Source of the DNA: Botryllus schlosseri
Lineage: Eukaryota
Assembly: GCA_051294905.1 (NCBI GenBank)
Contig: CM119372.1
Location: 5,270,001-5,334,000 of the forward strand
Direction of reading: 5' to 3'
Length of the DNA: 64,000 bases
Part shown: positions 24,531 through 37,741 of the stretch, in pieces
Layout: every line of letters begins with the position of its first letter
Numbering within the stretch: the first letter of the stretch is position 1
Notes under the pieces: model-generated
The model's database searches: none
Seen by the model: the letters and a program-made list of their open reading frames with translations, nothing else
Told to the model about the DNA's origin: nothing
Made by a program: the position numbers and the translations under genes

Positions 24531-25649
24531 GTGTAATAAGAGGTAAATACTTCCAAGTTAGCATGGACATCCAATTAGTGCCAATGAGTGTTTGAATAGA
24601 CGAAGAGTAGATTACCATCAGGAAGAAAGACTGCTGAAAATAGCAGCGCTAATGTATGCCTTATTAAGCGGACATATCCGCGAAGAAAATGGGTGCTAAT
24701 AGATCTTCAGCAATCCAAATATTAGTTACAAACCTCATCGTGTGTTTCATCATATCGTGGAACACAAAACAAACGAAACGAGCATCTTGTACTGGTCAAA
24801 GTGGCCAGCGTGTCGAATCGAACAAAAAGTATCGATATAAAAGTCATTTCAAAACTATCTCAGGTGGCAGTACAAAATGAAGATCTAACTTGTTCTATAA
24901 AGTACATTTGGTAGAGGGACCACAAACTTTTAACAGTTAATAAGAGGTGCATATTCTTTCGAGATTGCGGGACGCAACGCAGAATGACTAAATGACACTA
25001 TGGGCGATTTTAGAAGATATATTATATCCAGTTTCCGTGTTACTGGGGCTCTTTATGATAATATCAATCGTGAGATTATATTTTCATCTGCCCCAGACAC
25101 GCAGCACACACGCAATGTAAAATGTGATATACAAGGCAAAATGCGACACAGCTGCGACACCAATGTGTTGCGGGTTATAGTCCGATTGAGGTCGAATCCA
25201 GAGTTCCTACCTAAGTGTTGGGAGTTTATCTAGGCTCCCCCTCGTCATCTCATCCGCGTAAGCGGTGTCTTATAAAAAGCCTAGAAGTGGGCCGTGCTAC
25301 AAGTCGGAAGCTACCAAATAAAATATGACGAATATTGACCTAATGTAAATGACGATAGTAGTCGACAAACACCATGAATACCACATGGATACAATATAAC
25401 CACTTGACAATTATTATTAGTATTGTTAAAAGTTTACAGTGGCACTTATCACCGGTTAAGGTCGTATATTCCACTTGAGTAAGTATAGCGCAAGTAGGCA
25501 AATCGTTTTTGAGTATTCCCAGAAAGTAGTACTTCGTTACTGACCAGCACTGTGTATTCGTATCGTACTTGATCAGACAGATGTTACAATATAGCCTTTT
25601 AGGCATCTCCAGACATATGGCCAACTTGCCTCGTTCACATTCCCCATGG

Positions 25650-26935
25650 CAGAGGTGGTCAAAGTAGTCAAGAAAGTTACTCAAATAGAAGTAAAAGTAG
25701 CGACGGAAAATCTACTCAAGTACAAGTAGAAGTACTTCTTCCATAAGCAACCTAAAACTACTTGAAATAGAAGTAGAATCGACTGACTTTAAATCTACTC
25801 AAGTAAGTAAGTTGTGAAAACGATCGTAATGCGTTCGCATGGATAGTCAAAAGCTCTAAATTGAGTTATGCGAAAGGTGCAGAGCTTGGTTCATATTGAT
25901 GCATTCCTGGAGGTATCCAATTTTCGACAGCATAAGCGTTCGTCCGCATGATGGGATGAAAATGATAGTATTGATGTGGAAATGCGATACTAATCCTCTG
26001 CTTACTCGAACAGCACGTTTTAGAAAATATCATGGTATGGCACCCTCCCCCATATTATACGGCCCGGAGTTTAGTCGGAGAGCGATACGGAGAAGCTGTA
26101 TTGGATACGGTGCAAATACTTTGCGCGATTAGTAAACGTTAATAAAAAAATATTGTGGATCGTCAAAATGCCATATTGTGTAGCTTTATTTCCGGAAATT
26201 AATGGCATTACTACACTTCCTTTTATACTTAAACATGTGTGTTCTCAAGACTAAAGAACTGATACTATAATTAGAACTCAAAGGAAGATACTGGGAATTG
26301 AAAGTGAAGTATAAATACATACTTCTAAAAGCGGAAAATGTATTTCATGTCTTTAGTTCAGAAAGTTTCAAATGCTGTATGCTAAAACAGGTCTAAAGCT
26401 GAAAAATAGTCGGAGCCCATTTTTCCAGATTACGACACGTCATGGAATGCTAGACTACGATATGATAAGTAAATGCTAGATGGAGAAACATCAGTTTCAA
26501 ACGTTTTAATGGGCCATATATACTGTGGCGAAATATTCCATATGTGCGACAATGCAGCGTGAGCGGGACCACGCAACCCGCTACCTAAATTATATTCGCC
26601 GATACTTTCGTGAAATCATATTGGTCACTCCATATCCAATGTGCGCGAAGCCCGACGAAAATTGTGGGCTTTACTCAACTTTTCTGAAAATTAAATGTTG
26701 ATATACTCCGTGAAAACAGCCTCGAAATTCCTCAGGTCATCTTTCTGATTTTAGGATTAAACTACTTCTATTTGACCAACTGAAAGTAGCGAATAGTAAG
26801 TAAGTAGATCACAAAATATTATGAAGTGGAAGTAGAAGTAGAAAAAATATTTCTACTTGAGTAAGTACCACAAGTAGAGGAAAATTACTTGAGTACTTCA
26901 AAAAAGTAGAAGTACTTCGTTACTGACCACCTCTG
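25650..26935. mobile_element. hAT-like non-autonomous element with AGTAGAAGT-rich subterminal repeats; possible transposase relic
   Basis: Termini CAGAGGTGGTCA / TGACCACCTCTG, with no clean TSD. A frameshifted T-R-W-N-x-x-Y-D-M-I-like relic lies at about 26430-26470. Another right end of the family is at about 25530-25552. Confidence 0.6.
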
Positions 26936-27274
26936 TACACACAAAAATCGAATGCAAAATACGTTATCTATAATTCGTAAAAGATCCATAAGAGCAATTG
27001 AATGAATTATGTTGGGTTTGTATTTGTGATGTGTCAGTCATGTGTGATTGCGCCAACCAAGTCTGTGCCTACAGAAGGAGTTCGTGTACCATCTAAAAAT
27101 AGTACTTTGAGCTTAAGCGCTTTCATCGCCCTGATTGTTCGAAATTTCATGCCGGTGACGTCATATTTTGTAATACGATTGTCAGCCGAAAATATTCGGG
27201 TCCATTTCATTATGAATATAGTGTTCAATTGTATATTGAAGTCAATTTCCTGTAAAAAACAGTTTAGCTCAAAG

Positions 27275-27866
27275 TGATATTCCTGGTTATACGGTTGCTC
27301 GTTCTTTTTGAGAACAAAATACATTCTCCGACATGGTATTCCAATAACTCCATGTTTGAAGAGCCAGGTTAATTATCACTACTGCTCTTACACATGCACG
27401 ATCAATTGTAATCAAATCAAGCATACAGTTGGCATTACAATGCGCTAATGTTTTTGCAACATGAAGGAGAAATTACGCTCTTTTGGAATCAGAATTATAT
27501 CCAACCTTTGATTTTTGTTGCAGTAGCGGACATTCGTGGTGTCGCCTGCTGGGTGTCGTAACCTATTTTATTTTATGTCATCACAATACTCAATGATATA
27601 ACTTTGCCATAAATGAATGATTATGAAGTCATAACGTTTTAATGCCTGTATGGAGAGATGTTGGTTGGCAATAAAAAGGAGCAAGGACTATGTAGGTTGA
27701 TTTAAGTATATAGAAATATTGGGCTAAATATGGGTCACTGTACTCTAGGTCCAAGAATCTTATTGCTATTTCTGTTTTTCTAACTAGATAAAAGAATTCA
27801 TTCTCTTACGGAAGGAATAGACGGTGGTGTTATCATATCAACTCCGATATGTGTAATGTTTAGTGT
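27275..27866 (-). pseudogene. Decayed partial duplicate of the 3' region of LPMO paralog 2
   Basis: 27810-27850 encodes IGVDMITPPSIPS|GTAAGAGAATG (paralog 2: IGDDMITPPSTPS|GTAAGAGAATG). 27506-27562 and its flanking intron match the linker exon 29019-29111. About 27275-27390 matches the intron at about 28805-28915. No CBM14 exon copy was found. Confidence 0.7.
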
Positions 27867-28490
27867 CTGCACTGAAGGATATGTCTCTTGGGTCATTGTT
27901 TGAATGCAAGCTCAATATAGAAATGTGTTAGTGCATACTACCTGATCCGTGTCATAATAACAGTAATCTAATATTTTGTGGTAATATGTTTCGTATAGAT
28001 TCAGGACGATATCACAACCAACTAAATATTTATCATTTGAATCACCATAACTATACCGATGCTATAGTATAACATCGGCGTTGTGACTTTGCCCGGCGAA
28101 ATTTTGCGACACAATTAATGTGAAGCTCTTTGAGCATCAATTTCATCAAATCCTAACTAACAGAACCACACACAGAACTTACAATTCTTTCCAGTCCAAC
28201 TCAGAACTAAACATTCCCAGACGACAACAATATAGCTGCGGATAAGCACTGGTAAATTACATCGTGTTAATACTTTTAGTTATTACAGAAGATATTGTCG
28301 CTCGACACAAACGAAACAACCACCAAGTATTCTTGACCTTCCTAACTTAACAGTCTCAGTCGCAGTCCCAATACACACAAATCCGAATGCAACATACTAT
28401 GTTTAATTCAGATAAGATGCATGAACAATTGAACATGTAAGTATCGTGGGTTTGTGTCGTTTCAGTCATATGAGATCGTCCTTGGTGCAG

Positions 28491-31400
28491 TTAATTCTTC
28501 AGATTGTCTTTATCTAGTACATATTGCAAATGTAAATATCTTATTCTAAACCCGAAGGATGTGTATCCTCTCCTCACCCCACAAGGTGGAATCACGTTAT
28601 ACACCCAATCGCATGGCGGCATCCCGTTTTGACCGACTACCAATCCCGCCGGACAGTCGTTAGCAATCCATTGCGAATGTACACACCAATAGTAGCTGTA
28701 GCAGTCCCTCGACGAAAACTCACCTTCCTTTATCATGAAATAACGGAATAGTATTTCAATCAAATGCGCATAGATATATGATCGAGCTGCGTGCGTACTA
28801 ATGCAATATATTTCTGGTTCTGCGTTTACGCGCTTTTGGTAATGACAAAATACATTCTTCGACATGCTACTCTATACTTGAAGGACGATTCGGGTAGATG
28901 TCATTACTGTTCTTAATTAGACTCGATAAAAATTGGTCATTTTACGTGCAGAGTTGATATTAAAGTTTCCGACATGAAGCAGAAATACAGCTCAATCAGA
29001 ATTCGGAATCCATCCTACCTTACATTTGACAACATTTGATTCTGTTGTTGTTGTCGTGGTGGTCTTCCGAGTTGATGTCGATGCCGGCGACTTTCTTGTC
29101 GTTGTTGTAACCTATTTTTTTTTTATGTAATCACAATATTCAATGATTTAAGTGTGACCTTAATGAATGATTATAAAAGTCGCTATACGTCCTACAATAA
29201 AAATAAGAAAAAATAAAAACGAAAATGATATAAACAGAAACATTTGAACATTTGGCAAGATTCGTTGCACAGTGACTGTACTGGTACTCTCCCAGGCCGA
29301 TATGAGCTGATTAGCATTACTCATGTTCTCAGTGTCAATAATATTTCTCAGATATTGGTTACGCTCACTCTTACCGGATGGATCTGTACAGTCTGTAAAC
29401 GATTAGTAGACCTATAATATACTACATATGGATACTTAACAATCCTGAAAATTCACCGCCCGTTCGTGACTTACATAATGTTACCTGTGATTTTGCTGAC
29501 GTAACTTACTGTAACTATGAAACACAACAGGCTGGAAACCAAATTTCATTCTCTTACCGACGGAGTGGACGGAGGCGTTATCATGTCATCTCCGATCGCT
29601 ACGTCCGCGCACCCGTAAAATTCTTCCTGTGCGCCACAGCCGATGCAGCCTACTCCATCAGGACCAATCCCCCACGAATTCCCTTTTTTATTGCGACGAA
29701 AAGTGTGTGTTTATCTTATGTCCCCAAATAAACCAATCAGGTGTTCGGAAATCTATCGCTTTGACAATACAGGTGAAAATTTTGTGGGATATACATATTA
29801 TGCTGATACTCTAAATTTTAGATAAATATACCTTTCTGGACGTTTGTAGGCTCGCCACGTGTTAGTTATATATACTTAAGTATAGTACCAGAACCGTAAC
29901 AGCACTTCGTCAGCCCTCCCCCAAAACGTTGGTCTTAGGCTCCCCATAGGGTGATAAACCGAACTTCTGGGGGGCTTTGCCCCCAGACTCCCCTCACTTT
30001 CTACGCCTTTGTCCTGTTGTTTATCATCTACATTGGATAGTATATTCATATTGAAATGCAGCAGATGCAATATGAATATACTATTTAATTGTATATTGAA
30101 GTCCTGTACCTCCAAGAACATCTACATTGGGTATCAGTCTAGTCAGCGAGCATGTATTGCCCAAAAATTCTATAATTCATGATTGAATCGATCAATATAA
30201 TCGGGAATTGCATATATATTGCTATCAATTTTTATCCTCTCTCTGCTCACGTAATCGGATTTACTAGTAGAGCTGAGTGAGGTGTGTTGGAAAAGGTAGG
30301 AACCCGAAATAATAATTATACATCTTCGGGGGTACCCGTTGGTATAATGACTTCGTTACATGATGCTATTTCGGGACCTCCCATCTGCTGTGTCAAAAGA
30401 TATTGAAATCGCCCAAACGTACTAAACTTAAAGACGTGCACGATTTCCAATTGGTATTTCTTTACTGACAAAAAATATTCCCTGTGGGATGCCATTTGTC
30501 TTGTGGGGCTCAGATTGCCAGGATAGGGACATTCGGCACCAGCCATTTTTCGGCCTATGGACAATTAAACATATATGTATATTGTAGGGATGGTGTGAAC
30601 GTGACGTTCACGTTCACGTTCTGTGTGTTAACCGCAGAAACCGCAGAGGTCCACGTTCACAAACGAACCTTGGTAGTTCCGCACTGTGAACCTTTTTCAG
30701 ATATTACGATTTTTGACGTCATTATAATATCTATGGTTAAAATTTATTGCATTTCAACGGCGGGTCATAGTCTATGCATGACCCAGACAACATAAAAAAA
30801 TCAAAACTAAACGAACATGCACCTTGACAATTTTAAAAATTTACTTGCTTTGTTACGAAAGTTTGCTCGAAATACCCAGCTTCCCGTTTGTGAATATTTC
30901 GTGAATCTCTGCTGTGAGCTTGACCCGCAGTCACACAACATCAAGAGGTATAGTCAGAGAATGATGCTTATTCAATCAATCAATGAAATTGATATCGTTG
31001 TCTAATGTGAAAAAATATTGCAGGGTATATACTGTTGTGTAACTTGTATGGGGTAATCTCGGTAGCAAGTATAGAAACCCATTTTACACTCTGCTCAATA
31101 TCAAGGTAACAATGCTCAGGCGCCGAATACATTGTCCGGTCTGGCCTAGACCGTCGAAATTGTTGACAAAGCGACGGAAGACATTGATTTTATGGGATTC
31201 TTATATTATATAATTTGATTGCACCGTGCAGTTGATACATTTGGCGACGTTTAAAAAGTCAGTATGTACTTCATCATTGCGACATAATGCGGCCTGAGCC
31301 GTCGCTTTAGGTATCGTGTACTGTACATTAATATTTTACTACACTGAAATGTAGGGTTGGAATTAGCAATATGACGTCACGAGGTTCACGTTCGCGTTCA

Positions 31401-33963
31401 CACGCCCCTCAACGTTTCAGAGGTTGACACCATCCCTAGTATATTGTACACATATCGAAGTTTTCGGTCAGCACAAGGGCATAGTCCTTTTCGGCCAAGG
31501 TCTTCTCGCTGCCGATCGTTCTGGCGCACTTCTCGGAGTCGCATGTTACATGGCCTATAACTTCATATGTCTTGGTGCGTCGTGCAAAGCGCCCATTTCT
31601 ATAAATCATGCGCATTTCTTGTTGGGGGAAGGGTACACAATAATCAACATATTTGACAACATTAAATTGCGCGCAGTGCGGAAAAAAAGTTTCATAGATT
31701 CCCAAAAATATACTCTTTGATTTATGTTAATTCACGAATCAATTTTGGCTCCCCTTCGAGTTCGCCCCCCCCCCCCGCCAATTGGGAGGTTTAGGGTGCG
31801 GCAGTTACGGTCCTGCATAGTACAATTCTATTTCAAGAGTATTCTCACCTGTGTGATAGCGCCATTGCATCACACACTGACTGCATTCTAAATTGTCAGG
31901 TAGTTTCACAAGAAGTTCGTACACTTTCTTGCTAGGTGCACCCTCTGGCAAATAATATCTTGTTTGTCCCGTTGCCGTAAATGTGAGTAAATTGCTGAGA
32001 CGACAAATGAGAGGAGTAGCATTGTATATTACGAGAGCTTATTTTTAGGTAATATTACCTATTCAGGCAGTCGTGAGTAGCTGCATTAGTAGGGTCATTA
32101 ACTGGACATATTCTGAATTCGAAATATCCCTTGTGACTGGCGGTAAGGTCAACTCGAACAGCGATTGTTTCCCCTGATGTAAACTAAAGGTAAGGTTCGA
32201 AATACTCTACAACCGTTGAAAAGATATTACCGATCGCGTATTGAGCCACGATGATCCCTTGAGCATATTTTCCACCTGCTTCGTTCTCTCTACGTCCGTC
32301 AAAAGGGTCCCCACAAACTCCGCATTTGCCGCCTTGAGACACCTGATGCTGAAACAACGCTCATATACTATTAGTATTGGTTGTAGTTTTGATATGGCTC
32401 CCTTGCAATATGATTCGATTCAAGCTAGTAGGCCTACATATAAGCTTTTTCCAGGAACTGCTTGCAGAGTTTGTAGAACATCATTGCATTGGTATTTAGA
32501 AATCAAGCCAGAACAGTTTGATTTCGCAGTAGCAACATGCATATTGAAGTAGTTGTAAGTTGGTTTGGCTGAACTTCGCTGACTGCGTAATCGCGTCTGG
32601 CTTTTAGATCCCCATGTCGTATGCTGCATGACAATTCCAGTCTCTAACAGGCCTCGGACGACACAGCGAAATTCCAGTCAGCTAATTTGAGTGGTTACCA
32701 ACCTTTTTCGACTCATCGCACCCTTATCAAGTTCGACGCAAATTTTCGGAACCGAAAAAAGAGGACATATAAACTTGAAATTTTATACAACTAAACTCTG
32801 ATCTCTGTTGAATCAACTAAAAATCGATATTACCCCCGAAAGACCCGTCTCCACATATAACACTGGTCAACACATATTTTTAGGCGGACAAAGTAAGAGT
32901 GGTTTTGGGAGTTCTTCGTTGGCTCAGCGGAAAATTGTCCATTTACAAGTCAAAAGAGATGAACGTATATTGACAAATTCGATAGCTATATATTCCTCTT
33001 TCATCTTGGTAGAATGACGAATTGGTACAGGAGAAAATATATTTGCGTCGTGCAAAAGTGCAATTTTTAGGCTTGAGAAACTGCTTTTTTATCAAACAAA
33101 GATCTCGCATAAGGTCATGTTAATATTGATGGAATAACTGAGAACGACATGAGAGTTCTTCATAGTCAATTATCTATTTAGGCGCAGTATAAAAGTAGAA
33201 AAATCAAAGATTTACTTCCTACCAAGTGAAATATTCAGAGTGAATACAGTGATTTTCGGCTTTTTTAGGGATTTAAGTATCTTCTTCTCTAGAGCCAATC
33301 TGGTAAAACTAACGTGATATTCGTAATCAGCAACCTTGGAAACCCCAGAAACGACTACTAGATGTTCTGTCAATATTTTTCACTCTGTTATCCAGTGTAA
33401 TTAACGGGGCTAACCTTCTTTTTAGTCAACTTTCGAGTCAGATCCAACACAACTCGTTTTTCACCAGCATTTCATGCCGATTAGTTAAATAATTAAATAT
33501 ACCCGTTCTAACATTCCCCCTATCGCCCCCTTCTTACGCTTTTGCCCTCCAATCGGCCGTTCTTTATCTGCCCCCCCCCCCCCGTTTCTCAAAATCTCTC
33601 ACTGGGGAGGGAGTATCTGCCGCGTTGGGAACCACAGAGCTAATATGTTCGAAATGCTTTCCATTCAATTCAGTTTCTACCTGGAAGCCTCCGCAAAAGA
33701 GCTCGTTGTCATTATAATTTGGTACAACTTGAGACTCGTACGGTTTAATCAGCGGGTTGTCGGTAAACCTCCAAACGGAAGATCGACCCGGTGGCGATAT
33801 CAGCCTTCCATGACCGAAAACCAGAACTGGCGCGATAACCAGCACGATGCAGATTCCTATAAAACACGAGACATTGATTTTGATTTTGCATACGCTGTTA
33901 TACGTATTCACGCTAAATGGAACGTAACCAACCGTAATTCAACTGTAATTCGCGAAGTAGCAT
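28491..33963 (-). CDS. AA15-type LPMO, paralog 2: signal peptide + LPMO domain + Thr linker + CBM14; intact, exact C-terminus uncertain
   Basis: Exons: 33963-33933, 33856-33681, 32348-32231, 32173-32059, 31994-31849, 29682-29558, 29111-29019, 28727-28578 (GTGAGG donor) or read-through to the stop at 28491. Protein: MLLRELQLNYGICIVLVIAPVLVFG|HGRLISPPGRSSVWRF...NYNDNELFCGG...CGVCGDPF...DLTASHKGYFEFRICP...CSQCVMQWRYHTGNSWG...GCIGCGAQEEFYGCADV...KCKEGEFSSRDCYSYYWCVHSQWIANDCPAGLVVGQNGMPPCDWVYNVIPPCG. Confidence 0.93.
30585..31438. mobile_element. hAT-type MITE (TAGGGATGGTGTGAAC family) in an intron of LPMO paralog 2
   Basis: TIRs TAGGGATGGTGT / ACACCATCCCTA. Perfect 8-bp TSD GTATATTG. Contains GTGAAC/GTTCAC repeats and is colinear with 46209-47176. 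Confidence 0.9.
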
Positions 33964-35712
33964 TGCTGGTTTCGATACGTGTTGTCTGTTGTCGTTTTGT
34001 CTGAAAAAGGCAAAAGTATAATATTTTAAACTGCAGGACACGAGGTTAGTCTGTCACACATATTAGCCACACTTGGCAGCCCCCGAAGTAAAGCTGTAGC
34101 GTACCACACTTATCATTATCGAATTTGATCTTAGCACAAACGAATACCGCCTGTAAACTACAGGGCGAGGAGGAATCTTAGATAAATTAAATAAAATTGC
34201 ATTCCCTTAAATTATGCCCTTTTGCACACAGGGTCGCTGGAACAGAACAAAGGATGAAGCACCCTGCAGTAGGTATGGATTTCGCCTACCTTACTGTCTT
34301 CAGATGGCGACACCGTTCTATCGACGATAACGCAGAGACCGCTATATATGTAGCCTGCTAGATGAGTCAAGGGATAATATTAGAATGTAACTGCATATGC
34401 GTTGTTCTGTCAAACATCCGTGCCCATTTTACAGTAATTGAAATGCGATATACAGCTTGAACAATTTGTTTCCGACGGTGAGGAATGTGACGAATACATA
34501 CGGTTTGTACTATATGACAAATTCGATGCCTCATACGAATTAGATTCAAATTTTTAGCCATAAGCGTTATCCGTAACAACCAACGCTTATGCATCTTTAT
34601 ATTATAACGATAGCGAATATGGAAATGTAAGCTTTACTGTCGTATGATGCGTGTATTTAGTCACCAATGAATGAATTATACTTTAAGGGAATGTTAGGCA
34701 CCGCCTAGGCGCCTAGTACGTTATCACAATATATATATTATAGGCAATGCTGCCTGATATCCAGGACGAACCATAACATTTTATCCTCAAATTTTTGTCT
34801 AATCTTTCTCACCGATCCTGCAGATGAACCTGTACTTTATAAATGCGCGCTGTGTCCCTGCGAGCGACTGGATTCATGTTATAATAAATGGGATCGACGA
34901 GAGTTTATGCACCTATTGCTTGCAATATATATATATATATATTGCCCCTATTACCTGCCCCTATTACCTGCCACTATTACCAATATAGGCTATGCATTGG
35001 GTATTTGTAGATCCACGCCCCACTACAACTCCGACTCATTGCGATTGAAAATTGAGACTATCTCCACCAAGACATTGATATCAAAATTAGCCACCCTATC
35101 CATCGTGGACAAGTAAAAAATGTATGCATAACCGTAAAATTCCCCTGCCCCATGGTAGATTAACATAGCTATGGTCGATTTGTTAAAATGCTCGATTTTA
35201 ATTGCTGAGAGTATGACCTGGCTATAATATGTTCATTATATAGTGCGAAGTAGGCCTATTGGATAAAAAAAAGTTGTTTGAATATTGTATTATTCGTTTC
35301 ACGGATATAGTATATGGAATGACATCATTCTGCGGAGGTCGTGCGATACCGGTGTTCAATAATTTCCTCCATTCTGTAGTTGATATTTGATCTAAAAGTG
35401 CAAGAATATTTCCACGAAACCGTTGATGTCACCGGAACGAAATTCTCCATACCCAGCACGGTGGTTCCACTGGCTTGGTGAGTGTGCGCAAGCTCGTCAA
35501 AAAGTAGAGGGAACATTGGTTGTAGCCTACTGCTTAAATGCTTAAATAGCCTGAATTACTAACTATCCGTACAATATATATGGAAAACGCAACTGTCGTC
35601 TGTTGAACTGTCAGTCAAGAACTACACAGGACGTTCGTATCAGCCAGTTAAGTATTTTGTAAGCCGCCATCCGTAGACCATCCGTATACTATCGAAGTGG
35701 ACCCGTTAAACA

Positions 35713-35865
35713 AGTGCTTTGGAGCCGGAGCCGGGGAAAGGAGCCGGAACCCCGGAGCCGTGTATTTTCAACAGAGCCGGAGCTAGAGCCGAAGCTCGGA
35801 ATAAAATTCTGATGGAGCCGGAACCTGAGCAGGAGCCGGTTGTCTGAAAGTAGCTCCTGATCCGA
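35713..35865. repeat. GGAGCC(GGAGCC) repeat cluster, probably the subterminal region of a hAT-like MITE relic
   Basis: About 9 GGAGCC/GAGCCG units in 150 bp after CAAGTGCTTT. No partner terminus identified. Confidence 0.5.
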
Positions 35866-37741
35866 TGTATTTCATAAGATGCTATATACTAATACTTTTG
35901 GCTGAATTCACAAAAATTTTCGGTAATCGTTCAAAAAATTAGGAATTGTTGCCTCGTTGGCGCCACCTTTTTTAAACTAAAATGTTTCAATTGTTCATGT
36001 TCAATTGATCATACATAAGGCGCTAAACCTCGGTATGCGAGATATGCCGTGCATACTCCGTATTTACTGTATTGTGGAACATGGTTATTCGTCATACCCG
36101 CAATTTCGTCATCAGCACAACAATGATAGAGCGGTTCGAAAAATATTGATCACTATTTATTTTACAAAATAGGACGGGTGCTCATGTGAGCTGAGCAAAT
36201 TAACTAATGAGTAATTAGGGGATAAGACGAAGCGATGCTAGAGTAGGGTTACCATATTTCTGTAATCCAAATTCCGTACACTCTTTAGCGCCCACTACTG
36301 GATTTCAAAATGAGTTGTGACGTCACACTAGCAAAGCTTTACTCATAGACCAGAGGTGGTCACGATGCGGTTCAGGAGTATGTGGCTGTGTGTTGTGTAA
36401 CCGGGACCGAAACCACTTTTTTCATCCCCATCCCGCCAAATAAACAATGATTTTGAGCCCACCATAGAGTAATCGATGCCACTTTTTTTTTTTTTTGGGG
36501 GGGGGTTGCTGTATGATTCCATATGCATCTAGTCGTTAAATTGTTTTGAATGAATTCTGTCAATAATATTGGTTGTTTCATATATTACTATATAGTTACT
36601 ACTCTACGCCCACATGATCAGAGTTGGCGGTAGAGCTGGTGGAGGATGATGAATTCGAAAATACGGGGAGCGTAATTGTACATCGCTAAGTCATGTTCAT
36701 GTCCCACCAATAAGATTGTTTATCAGCCTTATGCCGGTGCGCACCACGGAGCTTTATAAACACGCCACATCCAGTGGTTTCCAACCTTTTATGGTCGCGA
36801 CTCCATCTCCAATTTGAAAATGTTCCGCGACCCAGATCAAAATTTGACGAGCTGATTACTAAAAGAAGTCAGCACCTTTGCCCAGACTTACCTGCGGGCT
36901 GTTTTGGAAGCTGATTACGTTCAACATGTTCGCAAACCCCAGAATAAAGGCAAACGACACCCACGTTTGGAACCACTATCTTTGAATAAAGAATTTTAAC
37001 GGCCTGAACGATATCTAGGAATATACCGTTCTCGTATAATTGCCATTAGAGTTATTTCAGTAAATGAAGGTTGTTTTTATTTATATTTTATTGCAGTTTT
37101 GGCGAGGGTGGTAGTCCCCATATTAAAATTAATAAATGTGATAGTAAATCGCGCGCAGCGCGAAGAAGAATGTCATGCATCAGCATAAATATTCCCCAAA
37201 ATAATGTTATTATGTTGATTTACGAAAAAATTATGAGGCCACGTCAAAATTCCGGACAGTTGGCATATTTTAGAAATTCCTCACGGACGCTACTTTGAAC
37301 AGTGAAATTCCGGACATGTTCAATCATACATCACATGCGCATGATCGTGAATAACTACAAGAGGTGTCATTTTCGTAAATATATTCAGTTGGTAGGAGAG
37401 CTATTTCAACCAGTTGCTTGCTATGGCAATTAAAGGTGATAAAGGTGATGTGAACATACTCCAAACTGCATTCTACTTTACACAATACAAAGTGTCAAAA
37501 GCAAGTAGCTGTGCCTTTAAAACTAGTAAGTAGAACTTGTATAGTAGTCTAAAACATATCCACTGGAGTAAGTAATGCAGGTAGGCAAAACCTATGCTTG
37601 AGTAATCCAAAATAGTGTAAGTGCTTCGCTAGCGACCGCTTCCGGAAACAAATCATGATATACGTATTTATAGATGACTCCTCCTGTAACACAAAACAAA
37701 TTGAACTGACGGTGCATTTTTCTTCTCCTTCCGAACTTCAC

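Noticed and set aside
34000-37741. CBM14 exon for LPMO paralog 3
   Set aside because: I scanned the minus strand for C-x-x-Y/F-Y/F-x-C and found none. The linker exon also lacks the first CBM14 cysteine present in paralogs 1 and 2.
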